From NCBI GenBank assembly GCA_043798995.1, contig JAZDOD010000010.1:845-64844 (forward strand): 64,000 nucleotides of DNA. Reading direction: 5' to 3'. Both the position numbers and the translations under genes were made by a program. Below are positions 29,001-40,335 of the stretch, one piece after another; position 1 is the stretch's first letter; the number at the start of each line of letters is the position of its first letter. The notes under the pieces are model-generated. The model saw only the letters and a list, made by a program, of their open reading frames with translations, made no database searches and was not told the origin of the DNA. The stretch comes from a bacterium. Its GTDB lineage: Bacteria > Patescibacteriota > Patescibacteriia > JAACEG01 > JAGUWE01.

Positions 29001-32000
29001 CAAGAAGCTGATCTTTCGCAAAAGTTTCATTACTTTGTTAAAGCTATCGGCCCGCCGCCTAGCAGGAGAGAAGCCAAACTTTATTTTCCCTCAGCTGACC
29101 CAGCTTTGTCTAAATCCTTTGGCCTGACTTGCTCTAATGATTACGGAACTGAAAAATTCTTGCTTTTAAACCCTTGCCAAGCGGGCCAGCCTACAGTCAA
29201 AATCGTTTTAAAGCCAAATAGCGGTCCGGCAGCTAACATTAAGAGCTATTGGGAAGGCAACGCTGAAATTTTAACCATTAGTCAAGGCCTAAGAAGCGTG
29301 ACCAAAGAAGGCGTGGCCTTAAGCGAGGATATGGCAGGCAATGATGATAGCGCGACTCAATTAAACGCCACTGGCTTTGCCAATCCTTATGGTGCGGTTT
29401 CCTGGTCAGCTTTGGGCAACATAAGTACTGACCCCAATCTGTCTCAAGAACCAATAGCCCTTTCAATGTGGGTAAAATTTGACAGTGCTTATCAGGCAGA
29501 AAAAGAAATTTTATTTTATGGCTTAAATCCGGCTTCTGTTTGGTGTGAAGGTTGCGGTGATGAGCCGCAAGAGTATTTAAGATTATCGCGTTCAGGCACG
29601 AGCCTTACTGCAGCTGACGAGGGCGAATTAGAAATTGCTTCGCGGGCGAGCGCCTATGTTGATAAAAGATATTATACTGATTATATTTTATCAGACACAA
29701 CTTCCTGGCATCACTTAAAAGGTGTCTGGCAAAATAATGGCGCTAACAAGAAAATGAAATTTTGGCTGGATTTTAACTTTATTGGCGAGATGATCATTGA
29801 CACCCCTTTTCCCATTCCTGCTACTTCTGGCTATAATATCTATTTAGGCGACCATTATAAAAACAGCGATACCTCGCCTCTAACTCACAATTCTATTACG
29901 GCCAAAGCTCGCCTTGATGAAGTTTATATTTCCAAAGATTCGGGCAATGACCCTTATTATTACGAGATTTTCCGCAAAGCCCCGAGCGAGCAAACTTACC
30001 GGCATTTAGTCACTTTGGATAGCAATGCTTATCAATGGTTTGAAAGGGAATTAACAGCCGAGAGCGAATATGCTTATAAAGTGCGTCTGATTCCGACTGA
30101 TCAAAATAAACTTTCCCTGACTTTAGCTACTTTTGAAAATACACCTGATAATATTATTTTGCCGGCCGACTGCCGGCCCGAATATGGTCCGTTTGACTTT
30201 CAGGCCTTGTCCTCCAGTTGTTTGGCCAGCCAGCCAGTTATTAATTTATCTTGGCAGGACAATAAGGCACCTTCGGCTGAGAACAATTACTCCCTCTTAG
30301 CTGACTTGCCAAGCGGTGTAGTTTATATCTCCATCCCGCCGGCAAATTGCACTAAAAATTCACCCAATGAGCCTTACCAATGTCATTATGTCTATCAGCT
30401 GCCGGCCGAAACTGATTATTTTCACGAGCATATGTTTTATCTTATACGTGAGGCCGAAGAAGACGAAATAGCCAATGGCGCGCCTGATTTTTTCTTAACT
30501 TCTTTAGCCGAAGCAGTCCGACCAGCTCGCTGTTTTGACGAGCTGCCAAAGTGGCCTGATCCTGATAATTTATCTGGCAATGCTTGTTGCGCGGAAAATG
30601 GTCTTTGTACTTCTAACGGGCCAGAGCCAGCTGTTTTCTTAAACTGGCAGGATGCGCAATACACTAATTATTATGAGATTTATCGCTGTCAGTTAGGGGT
30701 CTCGCTTTGCAGTGATTTATCTGATTTTATTTTAATGGGTTCTGTTGAAGAAACAGTGGTCTGTTTAAATGCGGGTAGCCAGACTGGCAGCCTTTGTCGA
30801 TTTGACTGGGAATGCGGCAGTGGCACCTGCGGTGAAACCAGTTATAATTTGACCGATGATCAAGTAGCGGCCGGCGCCACTTATGTCTATCGCATTTTTG
30901 CTTATGGTAATGGCTCTCAAGAGGCCAATAATTCTCTAATTGTTATTACCCCCAGTTTTGGCAGAGAAGCGGGAAATTGTAAATTAATTCCGGCCACTCC
31001 TTTTATTACTAAAATTGAAAGAGGCTGTACTGCCACGGACGAGCCGTTTCATCGGCTATGGTGGGATTATGCTAATCAATATGGCACAGAAGTTGCGCCT
31101 TCGGGCGATCCTAATCCTAATATTATTATTGATCATTGGCTAATTGAAAGACAGCCCCCAAACGGCTCCTTTGATTTAGTTAAAGAATTTTATCCGACTA
31201 ACTTACCCTTGCCTTTGGTGAGCACTAATTTTATCACTCCTTTTAATAATAATTTGGTCGCCGGCCACTTTTATAATTACGGAGTCAAAGCCGTGACTCA
31301 AGTTGATTCAGAATTTTTTGAATCTTATCCTTCGCCGACGGTTGGAGCAATGGCTCCTTTTTGCACTGATCCGCCGAAAAACGATATTTTCAATTTTGGC
31401 ATAGATGAGTACAGTAGTTGTAATAAAATTAGCTTTAAATTCGAGACTGCCGCTGATGATTTTGCCGAGGGTTATGAAATTTATCAACTTGCTAATTTGC
31501 CCAGTTTGGCCAAATTTAATTATCAAAATTGTCAATATAATTATTCAAATTTTTCCCAAGGAGAACTAAAATGTAGCTATTCTTCTTCTTGTAGTTGCGC
31601 TGGCGTGGGCAGTGTTTGTGATTTCTGCAAAAACAAAAAATTAAATGACCAGGGGCTCTTAATTAAAGAGATTATTCAAGCTCGGGGACCGACTACCTAT
31701 ACTTTTGAAGCAGAAAATTTTGCCCAAAACACCACCTTATATTGGGCAGTGGTGCCTTTTAATAGCCGGGGTTATTACGATTCAATCGAGGGCGGTAATA
31801 TTATTCCAATTCAAACTAATCTTTGCGCCCAGGCCCCAATCAGTTCCACCTTTACTGCCGTAAGTAAATGTCCTTCAACCGTTGAGCTTAAATGGAAAAA
31901 CCCCGACGAATCAATTTATGGCTATAAAATTTATCGCAAAAAATTAGAAGAGTCGGATGCCTCTTATCTTTTGTTGGCTGATAAAGACGAGGATAGCAAT

Positions 32001-32234
32001 GAAGTGAAAGAAGCTTGCGATATTCCCAATAAATCATCCTGTTTCAATCTTTATCAAGATGAACTGTCTCAAGCTCTGACCGAGATTTACAAATATAAAA
32101 TTGTCAGTGTTTCCCAACAATTTATTGAGAGCGAAGGTCGAACGTATCTGATCGAAGGCGAGGCCATTAATAAAAACGCTCGCGCCTGTTTCCGCTTGCC
32201 GCGCTGGCAGGAACTGCCGGGAATAACGCCGTAA
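23094..32234 (+). CDS. Giant (3,046 aa) surface protein with an N-terminal signal/TM, many fibronectin-III-like modules, two RCC1-like blades, a LamG/concanavalin-like lectin region and Cys-rich segments
   Basis: Uninterrupted 9.1-kb ORF. Recurrent 'L.W....Y.(I/V)YR' FN3-like periodicity. '[28 protein letters not shown]' occurs twice (RCC1 signature). It has its own promoter. Confidence 0.8.
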   Translation: [3046 protein letters not shown]

Positions 32235-32280
32235 ATTCATAAATTCCAAATCCCAAGCACCAAATAACAAATAAATTTCA

Positions 32281-32646
32281 ATGACCGAAATTTCAAATTC
32301 CAAACCATACAATTTAGAAGAAAGAACTTTTCAATTTGCTAAAAAAGTAGCACTCTTTTGTAAAAAATTACCAAGAACTGTAAGTAACCTTGAATACGTT
32401 AAACAAGTAATTAGATCATCGGGCTCAACCGGCGCTAATTATATTGAAGCAAATGAGTCATTTAGTAAAAAAGATTTTAGATTAAGGATTAAAATTTGTC
32501 GCAAAGAAGCAAAAGAATCAGTTTATTGGCTGAGATTAATTATTGAAACCAACGACAAGAAATTTGAAAAAGAAGGGAAAGAGCTTTTAGAAGAAGCGAT
32601 GGAACTCAAAAAGATTTTTTCCGCAATTATTGAAAAATCAAAATAA
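32281..32646 (+). CDS. Four-helix-bundle protein (IVS-protein family), copy 3
   Basis: 'SSGSTGANYIEANESFSKKDFRLRIKICRKEAKESVYWLRLI'. Flanked by inverted 'aaatttcaaattccaaa / tttggaatttgaa' word repeats. Confidence 0.7.
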   Translation: MTEISNSKPYNLEERTFQFAKKVALFCKKLPRTVSNLEYVKQVIRSSGSTGANYIEANESFSKKDFRLRIKICRKEAKESVYWLRLIIETNDKKFEKEGKELLEEAMELKKIFSAIIEKSK

Positions 32647-32662
32647 TTTTTGTATTTGATAA

Positions 32663-33460
32663 TTGGAATTTGAATATTATTTGGAATTTGTAATTTGTAA
32701 TTTGGAATTTATGTTCGTTTGTATTTTGAGACATTTTAAAAGATATCCAGAGAGAGGCAATGTTCTCCTTTCCACCATCCTTATTATGGGCATAACGCTT
32801 AACATTGGGCTGGTGATAGCAACCTTAGCTTTAAGTGGTTTTAGTAGGGCGCGGAATATCAAATTGCAATCCTTGTCTTATTATGGGGCCGAAAGCGGCG
32901 TTGAATATAGTTTATTTAAAGTTAGGAAAGGTGGCAGTGAAATTGGTAATTTGAATATTAACGCCGCTACTGAATCTGGCGTCAGCTGGGAGAGCGCGGG
33001 TAAAATTTTTTCATTAGAAATTTTTGAGGATTTAGAAGAAGATAAATCAATCATTCTTTATCTTTATAATCCAGACACTTGGACCAGCGGCATCAATCGA
33101 TTGTTAATTAAGTGGAATGATACTTGTTATGGTAGTTCAGTTTTAGAAATTAAATATTATGAAATTAATGAGCAGACCGATTTAAACAATCTTAATTGGA
33201 CAGGAAAGATTACCAGAGAATGGATACAAGAAGAAACAACGCCACCTGGCACCATTGAAGATCTTTTTTTAAATTCCAACAATGCCTATGCCATGAAAAT
33301 TACAGTAAAAAATTGTTATGTTAATGTTTTAAACATTAACCCCCAAGTGTATAATTATACTACGGGTCAGTATGAAGAAACAAATATTAATATTGAAAAT
33401 GTTATTACCTCTACCGGTGCTTCGGGCGATGTCAAACAGACGATCAGGGTATCGATGTGA
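32663..33460 (+). CDS. Hypothetical membrane-anchored protein with a PilX-N-like hydrophobic N-terminus (probable start at 32711)
   Basis: 'ERGNVLLSTILIMGITLNIGLVIATLALSGFSRARN...YYGAESGVEY' resembles the PilX N-terminal domain. The remainder is Asn-rich with no recognizable domain. Confidence 0.4.
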   Translation: MEFEYYLEFVICNLEFMFVCILRHFKRYPERGNVLLSTILIMGITLNIGLVIATLALSGFSRARNIKLQSLSYYGAESGVEYSLFKVRKGGSEIGNLNINAATESGVSWESAGKIFSLEIFEDLEEDKSIILYLYNPDTWTSGINRLLIKWNDTCYGSSVLEIKYYEINEQTDLNNLNWTGKITREWIQEETTPPGTIEDLFLNSNNAYAMKITVKNCYVNVLNINPQVYNYTTGQYEETNINIENVITSTGASGDVKQTIRVSM

Positions 33461-33577
33461 AATTTTTAATTTTTAATTTTTAATTTTCAATTAAACCGGT
33501 ACTTTGAAATGGCCGGTTTTTGTGATACAATAACAACAAATCCAAAATCCAAAACTCTAAATACTAAACAAATTCTA

Positions 33578-33946
33578 ATGATTCAAATTCCAAATTCCAA
33601 ACGAAATAATAAATATGATTTAGAGGAAAGAAGTCTTAAGTTTGCTAAAAGAGTTAACGATTATGTTAATAAATTGCCTAAAACTATTCCTAACATTGAA
33701 AACGGTAAGCAATTAGTTCGCGCAGCCGGTTCAACCGGTGCTAATTATATCGAAGCTAATGAATCTTTGGGCAAAAAAGATTTTCAAATGAGAATCAAAA
33801 TTTCTAAAAAAGAAGCCAAGGAAAGTGGATTTTGGTTAGAACTATCCCAACCTTTAAAAGAAAATGAAAAAGAAAAACAAGATTTAATTCAAGAAAGCAT
33901 AGAACTTATGAAAATTTTTGGTTCTATTTTAGAAAAGTCAAAATGA
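33578..33946 (+). CDS. Four-helix-bundle protein (IVS-protein family), copy 4
   Basis: 'AAGSTGANYIEANESLGKKDFQMRIKISKKEAKESGFWLEL'. The ORF-track start at 33509 lies inside the left inverted repeat; the Met at 33578 gives a length like copies 1-3. Confidence 0.7.
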   Translation: MIQIPNSKRNNKYDLEERSLKFAKRVNDYVNKLPKTIPNIENGKQLVRAAGSTGANYIEANESLGKKDFQMRIKISKKEAKESGFWLELSQPLKENEKEKQDLIQESIELMKIFGSILEKSK

Positions 33947-34016
33947 AGAGTTTGTGATTTGAAATTTATGATTTAGATATTGTTTAGGATTTAGGATTTC
34001 GAATTTAGAATTTTAA

Positions 34017-36056
<2,040 letters not shown>

Positions 36057-36112
36057 TTACCAATTTTCAATCAATTTACAATGATTCAATTTTCAGTTAC
36101 CAGTTTTTTCTC

Positions 36113-36262
36113 CTGTCATTCCCGTCCCTGCTTCCGCAGGGGTAAACTTGTCCCCGCGAAAGCGGGGAGCGGGAATCCAGAACTCAGAAAGTTTATCCCT
36201 GGATCCCGCATCTCAGCCCGAGGCTGATCCGCCTTTGGCTGGAAAGTGCGGGATGACAAAAC
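36113..36262. repeat. MITE-like hairpin element (GTCAT...ATGAC family), copy E4
   Basis: 'tgtcattcccgtccctgcttccgcaggg...ggaaagtgcgggatgacaaaa'. Its reverse complement occurs at 36668-36822. Confidence 0.75.
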
Positions 36263-36304
36263 ATATTGTTTGAAAATCTCTAAATTTAAAACTTTAAAAA
36301 TATT

Positions 36305-36613
36305 ATGCCTACTACTAAAAAAATTTCAATTCAAGAAATTAAGCATTTGGCCGATTTGGCCAGATTAAAAGTGAGCGAAAGCGAGGTCAAAAAATACGCC
36401 TCGGATCTTTCGGCAATTTTAGATTATGTTGCCGAGTTAAAAGGAATAGACACTCAGAAAATTTCTCCGACTGCCCAGGTGGTGGAAACAGAAAATGTTT
36501 TTAAAAATGATTTGGTTGATTTGGATTATACTGCCAAAACTAAAGAAAAAATAATTAAAAATTCGCCCGAAAGTCAGGATAATTTATTTAAGGTTAAAAA
36601 GGTGTTTGAGTAA
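36305..36613 (+). CDS. gatC: Asp-tRNA(Asn)/Glu-tRNA(Gln) amidotransferase subunit C
   Basis: 'ISIQEIKHLADLARLKVSESEVKKYASDLSAILDYVAEL' and length about 100 aa, located upstream of gatA. Confidence 0.85.
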   Translation: MPTTKKISIQEIKHLADLARLKVSESEVKKYASDLSAILDYVAELKGIDTQKISPTAQVVETENVFKNDLVDLDYTAKTKEKIIKNSPESQDNLFKVKKVFE

Positions 36614-36667
36614 ATTTACAATTTCCAATTATCAATTCACAATAAATTTTTAAATGGCCCAATTTTC

Positions 36668-36822
36668 AATTGTCATCCCGCACTTTCCAGCCAAAGGCGG
36701 ATCAGCCTCGGGCTGAGATGCGGGATCCAGAATGAAAATAGAATAATTGCTGGATTCCTGCTCCCCGCTTTCGCGGGGACAAGTTTACCCCTGCGGAAGC
36801 AGGGACGGGAATGACAAAATAC
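36668..36822. repeat. MITE-like hairpin element, copy E5 (inverted relative to E4)
   Basis: Near-perfect reverse complement of 36113-36262. Confidence 0.75.
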
Positions 36823-36843
36823 TTGAAAATTGAAAATCAAATT

Positions 36844-38283
36844 ATGTTAAACGAATTAACCATCACCCAAGCCCATCAAGGTTTGATAAAAAAAGAATTT
36901 TCTTGCCAGGAGCTGACCAGGGCTTGTTTAGGGCAAATTAAGAAAGTTGATCAGAAAATCAAAGCTTTTTTGACCTTGACTCAAGATTCGGCGCTAAAAG
37001 AAGCCAAAAAGATTGACCAGAAAATAAAAAATAAAGAAGAAATTACTATTCTTTCGGGCATTCCGGTGGCTATTAAGGATAATATTAATATAGAAGGAGT
37101 TAAAACTACCGCCGGCTCGCAAATTTTAAAAAATTTTATTGCCCCGTATGATGCTACGGTAATTGAAAAATTAAAGTCAATCGGAGCTATTTTTTTGGGC
37201 AAAACCAATCTTGATGAGTTTGCCATGGGTTCAAGCACTGAAAATTCTAGCTACCAAAAGACGGCCAACCCCTGCGATTTAAAGCGCGTGCCGGGCGGTT
37301 CTTCCGGTGGCTCGGCTGCGGCTGTCGTCGCTCACCAGTGTATTTACGCCTTGGGTTCTGACACCGGCGGTTCAATCCGCCAGCCAGCCAGTTTTTGCGG
37401 CCTGGTGGGGCTCAAACCAACTTATGGCCGCGTTTCTCGTTATGGCCTTTTGGCCATGGCTTCTTCTTTGGATCAAATCGGGTCCTTAACCAAAACCGTT
37501 GAAGACGCCGCTTTAGTTTTAGAAACAATTGCCGGCCAAGACGCGCGGGACGCAACCAGTTTGCCTAAGGACGTTCCTTCTTATTCACAGCAGTTAAAAA
37601 AAGACATTAAGGGTCTTAAAGTCGGCTTGCCCAAAGAATATTTTGCCCAAGGTCTAAATAGAGAAATTAAAAAAATAATTGAGAAAGCGGTTAAACAAGT
37701 AGAAGATTTGGGCGCTCAAGTTAGAGAAGTGGAATTGCCCTATACCAAGGCGGCTTTGCCGGTTTATTATTTACTTATGCCCGCCGAGGTCTCCTCTAAT
37801 TTAGCCCGTTACGACGGCATAAAATATGGTCTTTCGGATAAAAAAGCCAAAGATTTATTATCGGTTTATTTAAACTCAAGACAACTTGGTTTTGGCCAGG
37901 AAGCAAAGCGGCGGATTATACTCGGCGCTTATATTCTTTCGGCCGGTTATTATGACGCTTATTATTTAAAGGCGCAAAAAGTAAGAACTCTTATTAAATG
38001 GGATTTTGACAAAGTTTTTAACGAGGTTGATGTTTTAATCACCCCGACCTCGCCAACAGTCGCTTTTAAAATCGGCGAGAAAATAAATGATCCTTTGAAG
38101 ATGTATCTTTCCGACATTTATACCGTTTCAGTTAATTTGGCTGGACTGCCGGCCATCTCCATTCCGGTCGGTTTTAGTCAGGGGTTGCCCGTTGGACTGC
38201 AAATCATTGGCCGCCAGTTGGATGAGGCCACGATTTTAAGAGTAGCGTATTGGTGTGAACAGAAGACAGGTCGGCATAATTAG
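36844..38283 (+). CDS. gatA: Glu-tRNA(Gln)/Asp-tRNA(Asn) amidotransferase subunit A (amidase signature family)
   Basis: Amidase signature '[13 protein letters not shown]' and the Ser-cisSer-Lys triad context. The start is placed at the ATG at 36844 because the ORF-track ATG at 36811 is part of the E5 terminus 'ggaatgacaaaa'. Confidence 0.9.
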   Translation: MLNELTITQAHQGLIKKEFSCQELTRACLGQIKKVDQKIKAFLTLTQDSALKEAKKIDQKIKNKEEITILSGIPVAIKDNINIEGVKTTAGSQILKNFIAPYDATVIEKLKSIGAIFLGKTNLDEFAMGSSTENSSYQKTANPCDLKRVPGGSSGGSAAAVVAHQCIYALGSDTGGSIRQPASFCGLVGLKPTYGRVSRYGLLAMASSLDQIGSLTKTVEDAALVLETIAGQDARDATSLPKDVPSYSQQLKKDIKGLKVGLPKEYFAQGLNREIKKIIEKAVKQVEDLGAQVREVELPYTKAALPVYYLLMPAEVSSNLARYDGIKYGLSDKKAKDLLSVYLNSRQLGFGQEAKRRIILGAYILSAGYYDAYYLKAQKVRTLIKWDFDKVFNEVDVLITPTSPTVAFKIGEKINDPLKMYLSDIYTVSVNLAGLPAISIPVGFSQGLPVGLQIIGRQLDEATILRVAYWCEQKTGRHN

Positions 38284-38307
38284 ACTTTTAATTTTTAACT
38301 AATTTTT

Positions 38308-38658
38308 ATGACTGATGAAAGATGGCAAAATATAATCTCGCTTATTAAAGATAAGTTTAAAGTTGAAAAAGAGGAAATCACTGAAGAAGAAATTGACAAA
38401 GACCAGGAAGGCAAAGCTGTCTTGGAAAAAAGAGAAATGATTATTTTTCCAAGCCCTTTAGGCCGGCTTAAAATGGAAAGAACCACTAAACCTTTAATTC
38501 TTGATAAAAAAACCAAATATTCCCAAAGAATTGGCGGCGAGGTAGCAGTAAATTATATTTATTCAAAAGAAGAAAAAGTTCATAGATTCAAAGTTTATCG
38601 TTATAGCGAAGATGATAATATTTGGGTAGAAATAGACCAAAATAATTTTAATCTTTAA
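38308..38658 (+). CDS. Hypothetical protein (116 aa, acidic/lysine-rich)
   Basis: ORF with a plausible start. No recognizable motif. Confidence 0.4.
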   Translation: MTDERWQNIISLIKDKFKVEKEEITEEEIDKDQEGKAVLEKREMIIFPSPLGRLKMERTTKPLILDKKTKYSQRIGGEVAVNYIYSKEEKVHRFKVYRYSEDDNIWVEIDQNNFNL

Positions 38659-38670
38659 GATAAGACCAAA

Positions 38671-39321
38671 ATGGAGATCTTTAATCATCAAAAAGAACAA
38701 AGAAAATTAATTATAATTAATTTTCTTCGCTTGCTTTTCAGTGGTTTGGTTATCCTTGAACTTTTTAATTATTTAAGAATTTTTCAATTTAGTGTGGAAT
38801 ACACTTGGCTGGGTTTACTTGTTACTTCCACTGTTAGTTGGATCTTATTAGAGAGCACTGCTTATCAATACCAAAAGAAAGAAAGGCATCGTTTACATTG
38901 GTTATTTTGGTTGATTATTTTAGCCGCTCTTAGTTTAGATGCCGCCGGTGATTTCTTTCACTTTTATGGTAAGTTTGACTGGTGGGATCAATTTGCCCAT
39001 CTATTTATTAGTGCCGTAGTTTGTTTTACTTTATTCGTGGTTATCAGTGCTTTTTGGATTGACAAATTTCAATTCAGTTTGCTTTTCAGGGGAGGTAGAT
39101 TAAAATTGTCTCTATTTTTAGCAGCTACTAGTACGATAAGCCTATCAGCTCTTTATGAGATTGAGGAATACTTAGAGGACATTATTTTTAAAACCCATCG
39201 TTTAGGCCCTGGCACAGATACTGCTAATGATTTATTATTTAATTTGTTGGGAGTGTTGTTAGTAGTAATTTTTATGAACTTTTATTATCTTACTACACAT
39301 AAAAGAAAAATTTTAGATTAA
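38671..39321 (+). CDS. Hypothetical polytopic membrane protein
   Basis: Multiple hydrophobic helices in a 216-aa ORF. It is followed by a hairpin terminator. Confidence 0.5.
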   Translation: MEIFNHQKEQRKLIIINFLRLLFSGLVILELFNYLRIFQFSVEYTWLGLLVTSTVSWILLESTAYQYQKKERHRLHWLFWLIILAALSLDAAGDFFHFYGKFDWWDQFAHLFISAVVCFTLFVVISAFWIDKFQFSLLFRGGRLKLSLFLAATSTISLSALYEIEEYLEDIIFKTHRLGPGTDTANDLLFNLLGVLLVVIFMNFYYLTTHKRKILD

Positions 39322-39330
39322 AATTTACCC

Positions 39331-39372
39331 CGTTAGAAAGGACAGGGTTTTCTAACGGGGTTTACAAAAGAA
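39331..39372 (+). terminator. Hairpin terminator 'ccccgttagaaa-ggacagg-gttttctaacgggg' + T-rich tail
   Basis: Read directly from the sequence. Confidence 0.55.
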
Positions 39373-39471
39373 GTTTTATGTCTCAAAAAGAACAAAGTGC
39401 TCAAAAAATCAAACTTTTAGAAAAAAAGATTAAAATTTTAAATCAAGAAATAAAATTGACAGTAGTAAAAT

Positions 39472-40323
39472 ATGGCTAAATTTATTCCACGTTCATTGCT
39501 CAGATATTTAACCCCGGTGCTAATTTCTTTTTTGATTTTTTTGGGCCTGGAATTTTTTTTTATTTTTCCAAAAATCTGGGCCTTAATTGCTCTTTTTTTA
39601 TTTTTAGTTAATTTTATAGCAATTTGGCAATTAATACCCAAAACAACACAGGCAAGATTGATTTTAAACAGTCAAAAATTTTCGCTTAAGTTACTGTTTG
39701 CTTTTTTCCGCATAATAACCGATCGGGAATTTATTAATTTTCTTTTGCCAACTTTGTTTTTAAATTTAGGGAGCATCATTTTTCTTATTTTTTTGCCCGT
39801 CGGTTTATTTCGTCATTTAGTGGCATTGTTTACTGCTTTTTTATCATTTTTATTTTTTAAAAGTCTTTTCTTGTATTTTTTCCGGCCGGAAGAATATCAA
39901 GCTCGGAGCCTTGAAAATGTTTCGCTCTATCTTTCTTTGATAACTTTTTATTTTTTTTCCAGCAGCTTTTTGGGCCTGATTATTTTTGCCGATTTTTTAC
40001 TTTGGCAGGCACTGCTTATTTATTTGGCAGTTACTTTTCTTTTGGTTTGGCAAGTTTTTTGGGTTCATCAGTTTGAGGTTAAAAATAGCTGGTATTATAT
40101 TTTTATTTTATGTCTTTTGGCAGGTGAATTTTTTTGGGCAATAAATTTTTTACCGCTTAATTTTTATGTCGGGGGCTTGCTTTTAGCTGTTATTTATTAT
40201 CTATTTTTTAGCTTAAGCAGAAGGCAATTAACAGGCGCTTTAGAAAAAAAAATAGTTTGGCATTATTTACTTTTAAGTTTGGCGATTATTCTAATTATTT
40301 TGGCCACAGCCGAGTGGCGATAA
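39472..40323 (+). CDS. Hypothetical Phe-rich polytopic membrane protein
   Basis: Eight or more hydrophobic segments in a 283-aa ORF. Confidence 0.5.
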   Translation: MAKFIPRSLLRYLTPVLISFLIFLGLEFFFIFPKIWALIALFLFLVNFIAIWQLIPKTTQARLILNSQKFSLKLLFAFFRIITDREFINFLLPTLFLNLGSIIFLIFLPVGLFRHLVALFTAFLSFLFFKSLFLYFFRPEEYQARSLENVSLYLSLITFYFFSSSFLGLIIFADFLLWQALLIYLAVTFLLVWQVFWVHQFEVKNSWYYIFILCLLAGEFFWAINFLPLNFYVGGLLLAVIYYLFFSLSRRQLTGALEKKIVWHYLLLSLAIILIILATAEWR

Positions 40324-40335
40324 GAATATAAAAAT

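Noticed and set aside
32663-32710. ORF-track start at 32663 (MEFEYYLEFVICNLEF) for the PilX-like gene
   Set aside because: These codons are a translation of the 'ttggaatttg' inverted-repeat words of four-helix-bundle cassette 3. The Met at 32711 is the more plausible start.
39378-39479. 33-codon ORF (MSQKEQSAQKIKLLEKKIKILNQEIKLTVVKYG) overlapping the start of the 39472 gene
   Set aside because: It is too short and low-complexity to support without comparative or ribosome-profiling evidence.
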